From positions 128,299-192,298 of the forward strand of contig DATKIP010000076.1 in the NCBI GenBank assembly GCA_035544015.1: DNA of 64,000 bases, written 5' to 3'. The translations under genes and the position numbers were made by a program. A model generated the notes under the pieces. That model ran no database searches. It was given only the letters and a program-made list of their open reading frames with translations, and was not told the DNA's origin. Source of the stretch: Candidatus Saccharimonadia bacterium (GTDB lineage: Bacteria > Patescibacteriota > Saccharimonadia > UBA4664). This document shows, piece by piece, positions 59,369 through 64,000 of the stretch; within the stretch, counting starts at the first letter, position 1; each line of letters begins with the position of its first letter.

Positions 59369-59968
59369 CTAGTGGTGGAAGCGGATGATCGCGAGCACGA
59401 TATCCGTGCCGATCACCACGCCCGCTGCAGTACCGGTCAGATACAGGCTGTATCGAGCCAGCATGGTCACCCTCGCGTTCCGAAGACGGCCCGTCTGGCG
59501 ACGCTCGTCAAAGAACGCGACGCGCTGGGCCAGCTGCTGGATATCCGCCTTCGTGAGGATCACCTTTGAGGCCTCGGCCAATGTGTCCTGCAGGGTCAAA
59601 AGCTCCCGCTTGAGCACCCGCCGGTGGTGGGCCAGGGCCCGGAAGCACAGCTCCATCGCCAGCCCGGCCATCAAAATGGCCAGCCCGAGCAGAATCTGCG
59701 CCGCCCACAGCGAGCCGACTGGTAGTGCAGGGCTCAGCCGCGAGAGCGCCTCGCTGTAGAAGAGCACCAGGGCTCCCATGGTGGGGAGTAGGATGCTGAA
59801 CCTCAGGTACAGGTTCTGCAGGTTACCCGCGATGTCCTTCAGCTTGGCCGACAGGTTGTCGACCTCCGCTTGCTGCTGCTTCGAGCGCTTGATCAGCGGC
59901 CAGATCAGCCGCTGCCAGAGGGCACGCAGAACGCTCCGCGTAACGGTGGTCCCGAAGTGCGTCGCCAC
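59369..59968 (-). CDS. 3-TM helical accessory protein
   Basis: AGAGGT RBS; promoter TTGATT-17-TATTAT; hairpin 59284-59328 downstream. Confidence 0.7.
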   Translation of the reverse strand: MATHFGTTVTRSVLRALWQRLIWPLIKRSKQQQAEVDNLSAKLKDIAGNLQNLYLRFSILLPTMGALVLFYSEALSRLSPALPVGSLWAAQILLGLAILMAGLAMELCFRALAHHRRVLKRELLTLQDTLAEASKVILTKADIQQLAQRVAFFDERRQTGRLRNARVTMLARYSLYLTGTAAGVVIGTDIVLAIIRFHH

Positions 59969-60043
59969 TATCTACCTCTTCTCGTGTCGGGGAGCTGACG
60001 AATGTCCGGGCAACATAATACCATGAAAGTCAAAATAAATCAA

Positions 60044-60505
60044 GAAAAAAGGAAAAGGGACCGCTCAACAAAGAGCGATCCCTGTCCGTGGCCGTGGAGG
60101 CAGTCGCTGGAGGCGACCACCGCTTGTGGACGATGGGGTGGGTTGTTGTTGCGACCGGAAATCGGCCTGGCGTAAGGGGCGGGCGGCGGAGGTTCGGTGA
60201 AGAACCACCAACAGGCGCAGATCGACGGTGCTTTAAACAAAGAGTTTTTAAAGTGGTTATCGCCGTGAACGCGCATGAGGGCTGCCGCCAGAAAAACTGG
60301 CCGGGGCCGCTGGTCACGCGCATCACGTGAGGAGACGGAAAGAGAATGGGGGAGTGGCTGGTTGGTGGGGTTGACGCAGGTATTACCCCGCGAAAACCGC
60401 CATCAGGCCGCTCTCATTCTCTCGGTCTCGCTCAGCGAGGCACAACACTTTTAACATTTTTGTCCACCCAAGGACATGCGTTCGCACCCACGGTGCACGA
60501 ACGGC
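60044..60505 (-). ncRNA. Candidate ~460-nt structured non-coding RNA (strand tentative)
   Basis: Successive long hairpins, no credible ORF, minus-strand terminator GGGATCGCTC..GAGCGGTCCC followed by a U-tract. Confidence 0.45.
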
Positions 60506-60600
60506 TAAATTAAACCATATTTGTATACAATAAGCAACTCAAAAAAGCGCAAGCGTAAGTTTGATATACTTACCCCGAGGGCCTAAGGGGGAGCGCGATT

Positions 60601-61221
60601 ATGAGCCAACGGGGAGCGATAAATCTAGTCACCGTCATCGCGGTGGTACTGGGTTTGGGGTTGCTCGCGTCCATGTATCTCAATTACTCCCAGCATCAGA
60701 GTGCCCAGCAAGACCGCAAGCAGCTCCAGGGCGAAATCACCGACCTGCGCTACCAGGTCAAGCAAGATCAACAGGCAGCCGCCGGCCCCAGCCCCACGCC
60801 CTCGCCTCTAGCCACGCCCGAGCCCAGCCCCACCGCCACCCCGGCGGTGGCCGGCACAAGCTCCATCGCCATCAGCCAATATGGCGTAAAATTAACCGTG
60901 GCCGATCCCATCGCCGACCTCACCTACAACATGGTCAAAAACGGCCAATACACCGTGGCCGGGCTGTCGACTCGAGCGCTGCTAGCCAAATACCCCGCCT
61001 GCGCGCCCGCCGCCGCCAACAACGCGCTCGGCCAAATCGTGCAAAAACGCGCCGCCACCGGGGTCACCAGCACCGGCAAGCTCGTCAAGCAGATTGGCGT
61101 CTTCAATTACTATTACATCGAGCCCACCGGCTTTTGCACCGCCGACCCCGATGGCCGCAACGCGTTGGCCGCCGCCCGCGCCGCCTTCAAAAATGCCTCC
61201 CTGCCCACGTTATCGAATTAA
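60601..61221 (+). CDS. Membrane-anchored protein: TM, coiled coil, PT linker, Cys-containing domain
   Basis: QRGAI plus hydrophobic N-terminus (prepilin-like, lacking Glu+5). Confidence 0.7.
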   Translation: MSQRGAINLVTVIAVVLGLGLLASMYLNYSQHQSAQQDRKQLQGEITDLRYQVKQDQQAAAGPSPTPSPLATPEPSPTATPAVAGTSSIAISQYGVKLTVADPIADLTYNMVKNGQYTVAGLSTRALLAKYPACAPAAANNALGQIVQKRAATGVTSTGKLVKQIGVFNYYYIEPTGFCTADPDGRNALAAARAAFKNASLPTLSN

Positions 61222-61242
61222 CCCACCCGAAAGGATTCCCCC

Positions 61243-61542
61243 ATGCGAGATTCCAGTCACAAACTAATCTACCTGCTGTGGACGGTGATTGCCGTGCTCA
61301 TCATCGGCGCGGGCATCGGCGCATTCTTGCTGCTGCGCCACGCGAGCGACCTCGACAACACCAACGCCGAGCTTTCGGGCAGCAACGACAGCCTCCGTCG
61401 CCAGCTCGAGCAAGCCAAAGCCAGCCCCACGCCCACCGCCACACCCGAGGCTACCGCCACCCCGTCGCCAAGCCCCAGCCCCACCGCCACGCCCGTACCC
61501 ACCGCCACTCCCAAGCCCACCGCCAGCCCCAAAGCCCAGTAG
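61243..61542 (+). CDS. Small TM + coiled coil + Pro/Thr tail protein
   Basis: AAGGA RBS; same architecture as the start of the previous gene. Confidence 0.65.
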   Translation: MRDSSHKLIYLLWTVIAVLIIGAGIGAFLLLRHASDLDNTNAELSGSNDSLRRQLEQAKASPTPTATPEATATPSPSPSPTATPVPTATPKPTASPKAQ

Positions 61543-61588
61543 CGCCGAGCGGCCGGTCCCGCGGGAGCGAGGGCGGATTCCGCAAAGA

Positions 61589-61691
61589 GCGAAGGCAAAA
61601 ACGTTTGGCCCCGCGCGCGCCAGACCACACCACAGATAGAAATTAGCAATAAGGCCGAGTTCGCAAGCAAGCCAAACGTTTTCGCCGCAGC
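61589..61691 (+). repeat. Palindromic element copy C
   Basis: GC-GAA-GGCA-AAAACGTTTGGC...CGCCAGAC..TTAGCAAT..GAGTTCG...GCCAAACGTTTT-CGCC-GCA-GC. Confidence 0.8.
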
Positions 61692-61756
61692 CTACCGGCA
61701 CGCCCCGTTTGGCGCCACCGACCATAAGCGCTACAATCATGGGGGATACATCAGCC

Positions 61757-63049
61757 ATGACGGCCAAACTTATCGAAAAATTCGTCAAACTCCGCAGCCG
61801 CCAAACCGGGCCGCGCTATCTGGTATCGCTCGATATCGGCACCGAATTCGTGAAAGCGCTGATCGGTGAAGTCGTCGTCGATCCGGCCTCGGGCGCGCCG
61901 TCGCGGGTCGAAATTCTCGGCGTTGGCCGCCAGCGCCAGCGCCTCACCGACATGGCCGGCGGCGCCGTCACCGACATCACCGGCGTGGTCGAAAACTGCG
62001 ACGCCGCGCTCAAAATGGCTGAAAAAATGGCCGGCGTGGTGGCCAAAGACGTCGTCATCGGCATCGCCGGCGAGCTCGTCAAAGGCGCCAGCACTATCGT
62101 GCGCTACAAGCGCGCCACCCCCAGCGACCCCATCGACATGGCCGAGCTGCGCAAAATCCTCGACCGCGTCCAATACCGCGCCTTCGAGCGCGCCCGTGAG
62201 CAGCTCACCTGGGAAACCGGCTACAAAGAGCTCGAGGTCAAACTCGTCAACACCGCCATCGTCGACGTCCAGATCGACGGTTATCGGGTGACCAACCCCA
62301 TCGGCTTCCAGGGCAAAGACGTCAGCATCCAGCTCTTCAATGCCTTCGCCCCCATGGTCCACCTCGGCGCCCTCCAGTCCGTGGCCCAAGATCTCGATCT
62401 CAATCTCGTCAACATCGCCGCCGAGCCCTTCGCCGTGGCCAAATCCGTGGGCGGCCAAGATTCCGGCGAATTTTCCGCTATCTTCATCGACATCGGCGGC
62501 GGCACCACCGACATCGCGCTTGTCAACAATGGCGGCGTCGAAGGCACCAAAATGTTCGCCATCGGCGGCCGCGCCTTCACCAAACGCATCGCCCAGGTCG
62601 CCAACACCAGTTTTGAAAAAGCCGAAGAAATGAAAATCGCCTACTCCGCCGGCAAACTCGGCCCCAAATCGACCAAAGTCGTAGAAGAGGCCGTGAACGC
62701 CGACATTCAAGTGTGGCTCTCTGGTGTCGAACTCAGCCTGGCCGAATTCGACCGCGTCGACCACCTGCCGGCCAAAATCCTGCTGTGCGGCGGCGGCACC
62801 GGCCTCCCCCAGATCATGGACGCGCTCAAAGGCCGCACCTGGTACAAAAACCTCGCCTTCGCCCGCAAACCGGTAGTCAACCACATCAGTCCCAGCGAAG
62901 TCAGCCGCGTAATCGACAAAACCGGCAAACTTACCAGCTTCGCCGACATCACCCCCATGGGCCTCGCCAACCTCGGCCTCGACCAAGTCGGCGGCGAAAC
63001 CGCCACCGACTCCCTGGCCCGCAAACTCGCCCGCGCTATTTCAGCCTAA
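61757..63049 (+). CDS. ftsA: FtsA-like actin-fold cell division protein
   Basis: LDIGTEFVK, IDIGGGTTD, AEEMK, LCGGG. Confidence 0.85.
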   Translation: MTAKLIEKFVKLRSRQTGPRYLVSLDIGTEFVKALIGEVVVDPASGAPSRVEILGVGRQRQRLTDMAGGAVTDITGVVENCDAALKMAEKMAGVVAKDVVIGIAGELVKGASTIVRYKRATPSDPIDMAELRKILDRVQYRAFERAREQLTWETGYKELEVKLVNTAIVDVQIDGYRVTNPIGFQGKDVSIQLFNAFAPMVHLGALQSVAQDLDLNLVNIAAEPFAVAKSVGGQDSGEFSAIFIDIGGGTTDIALVNNGGVEGTKMFAIGGRAFTKRIAQVANTSFEKAEEMKIAYSAGKLGPKSTKVVEEAVNADIQVWLSGVELSLAEFDRVDHLPAKILLCGGGTGLPQIMDALKGRTWYKNLAFARKPVVNHISPSEVSRVIDKTGKLTSFADITPMGLANLGLDQVGGETATDSLARKLARAISA

Positions 63050-63055
63050 TCCTAG

Positions 63056-63581
63056 AAAAATAATTGCGTGTACCCCCGCGCGACACGAGCTGTGTCGCTG
63101 CGAGGGGGAATGCCCTGTCGGCCGAGGCCAACAAAACATGAACGACACCCGGTGGGGCGCGCGAGGAGTGAGCAATGGGGAAGTCTCACACCGTTGCGCC
63201 CCACCGGGGCCGGCTCCTGAAGATAGTTGCGCGAACGGGGGGTTGTTCGTGCGTCCGCTTCAGGATAGCCGCAGAGGCGATAGACCGAGGGGGGTAGCTC
63301 GGGTTTTGCGCCTTGCGGCAGCTAATGTCCGGTTGCCCCGGACGGAATCGCGCGCGCCGTCCGCCGGGAGCGCAGCCACGATTCCGCCCGGGGGCCGGTG
63401 GATCCCCTGCGGGGTGGGGACCCATTGCAGCTCCGAATAGCGTTTGACGACGGCTAAATGCATGACCCCAAGCCATCGAAACGCTACTCGAAGCAAGCTT
63501 GTCCACCGAGAGTGCAGTGGACGCGGCTTTCACCAGATGGGTGAGTGAATATGCGTGGGCAAAGCCCAAAATTCCCATCGG
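63056..63581 (-). ncRNA. Candidate ~520-nt structured non-coding RNA (strand tentative)
   Basis: Minus-strand promoter TTGACT-17-TAATCT (63616-63588), about 9 consecutive hairpins, ends in a hairpin plus T-rich tract. Confidence 0.5.
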
Positions 63582-63641
63582 GATAGTAGATTATCGCACC
63601 CAACCAGGGAAGTCAATCATCAAAATGGCGATGCCTGATAA

Positions 63642-63929
63642 TTACAGCAGACCGTTGGCGGCGCCCAGGTTAAAGGCCACCAGTGCACCGAGCATGATCA
63701 ACACCAGCGTCGCCAGCAGCCGGAACTGTCGCGACGGGTTGGTATTGAGCGCCCGAAACGACCACACGATGCCAAGCACGATCGCGGCTGCTTCAAAAAA
63801 GGTCGAAGCCATCGTCCCTCGAATGATGTAGCTCGTAGCCGCACACAGCATCCCGACCAAGAGGATGCGGTCGACTACCAGCTCCTTACTGACGTATTTT
63901 GCCTTCTTCGCCATGATATCCGCGCTCAC
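63642..63929 (-). CDS. Small 3-TM protein
   Basis: Hydrophobic ORF; TATAGT upstream on the minus strand. Confidence 0.6.
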   Translation of the reverse strand: MSADIMAKKAKYVSKELVVDRILLVGMLCAATSYIIRGTMASTFFEAAAIVLGIVWSFRALNTNPSRQFRLLATLVLIMLGALVAFNLGAANGLL

Positions 63930-64000
63930 CGTTTAGTTGGCCCTACTATAACGCAACCGTAACAATTATGGTAGTCTTATACCTATGAAAGAAGGCGCCC

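Noticed and set aside
63056-63581. RNase P RNA or tmRNA
   Set aside because: No GAGGAAAGTCC / GGCTTA-type P4 strands and no tRNA-like ends or tag ORF seen on either strand.

Overview
Chromosomal window from a high-GC bacterium (genetic code 11). The gene style suggests Patescibacteria/CPR, most likely Saccharibacteria (inference from the short AlaRS and MetRS, near-universal leaderless starts and lone FtsA). Positions 1-10,033 are the right end of a genomic island integrated at tRNA-Glu(TTC): a PA14/RHS polymorphic toxin, candidate immunity genes, radC, XRE, HEAT and RHH genes, and a large serine recombinase whose ORF reads into the tRNA. Positions 10.1-26.7 kb are a surface-glycosylation locus with an AT-richer central block. 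Housekeeping genes follow (pyk, pgk, tpiA, pcrA/uvrD, galE, pyrH, rpfB-like, marP, rsmA, metG, tatD, iscS, mnmA, alaS, ftsA), interrupted by small accessory genes that carry their own promoters and hairpins. The most striking signal is a family of four 101-105 nt palindromic elements with unrelated but self-complementary stems, a conserved 40-43 nt loop (CGCCRGWC...GMGTTCG) and an invariant GC-GNA/GNA-GC closure; one copy sits in-frame inside uvrD. Also notable are two 450-520 nt hairpin-dense non-coding regions, tandem proteins built from RNA polymerase alpha-CTD-like repeats, and repeated LexA-like direct-repeat promoters. All calls are by eye; no searches were run.
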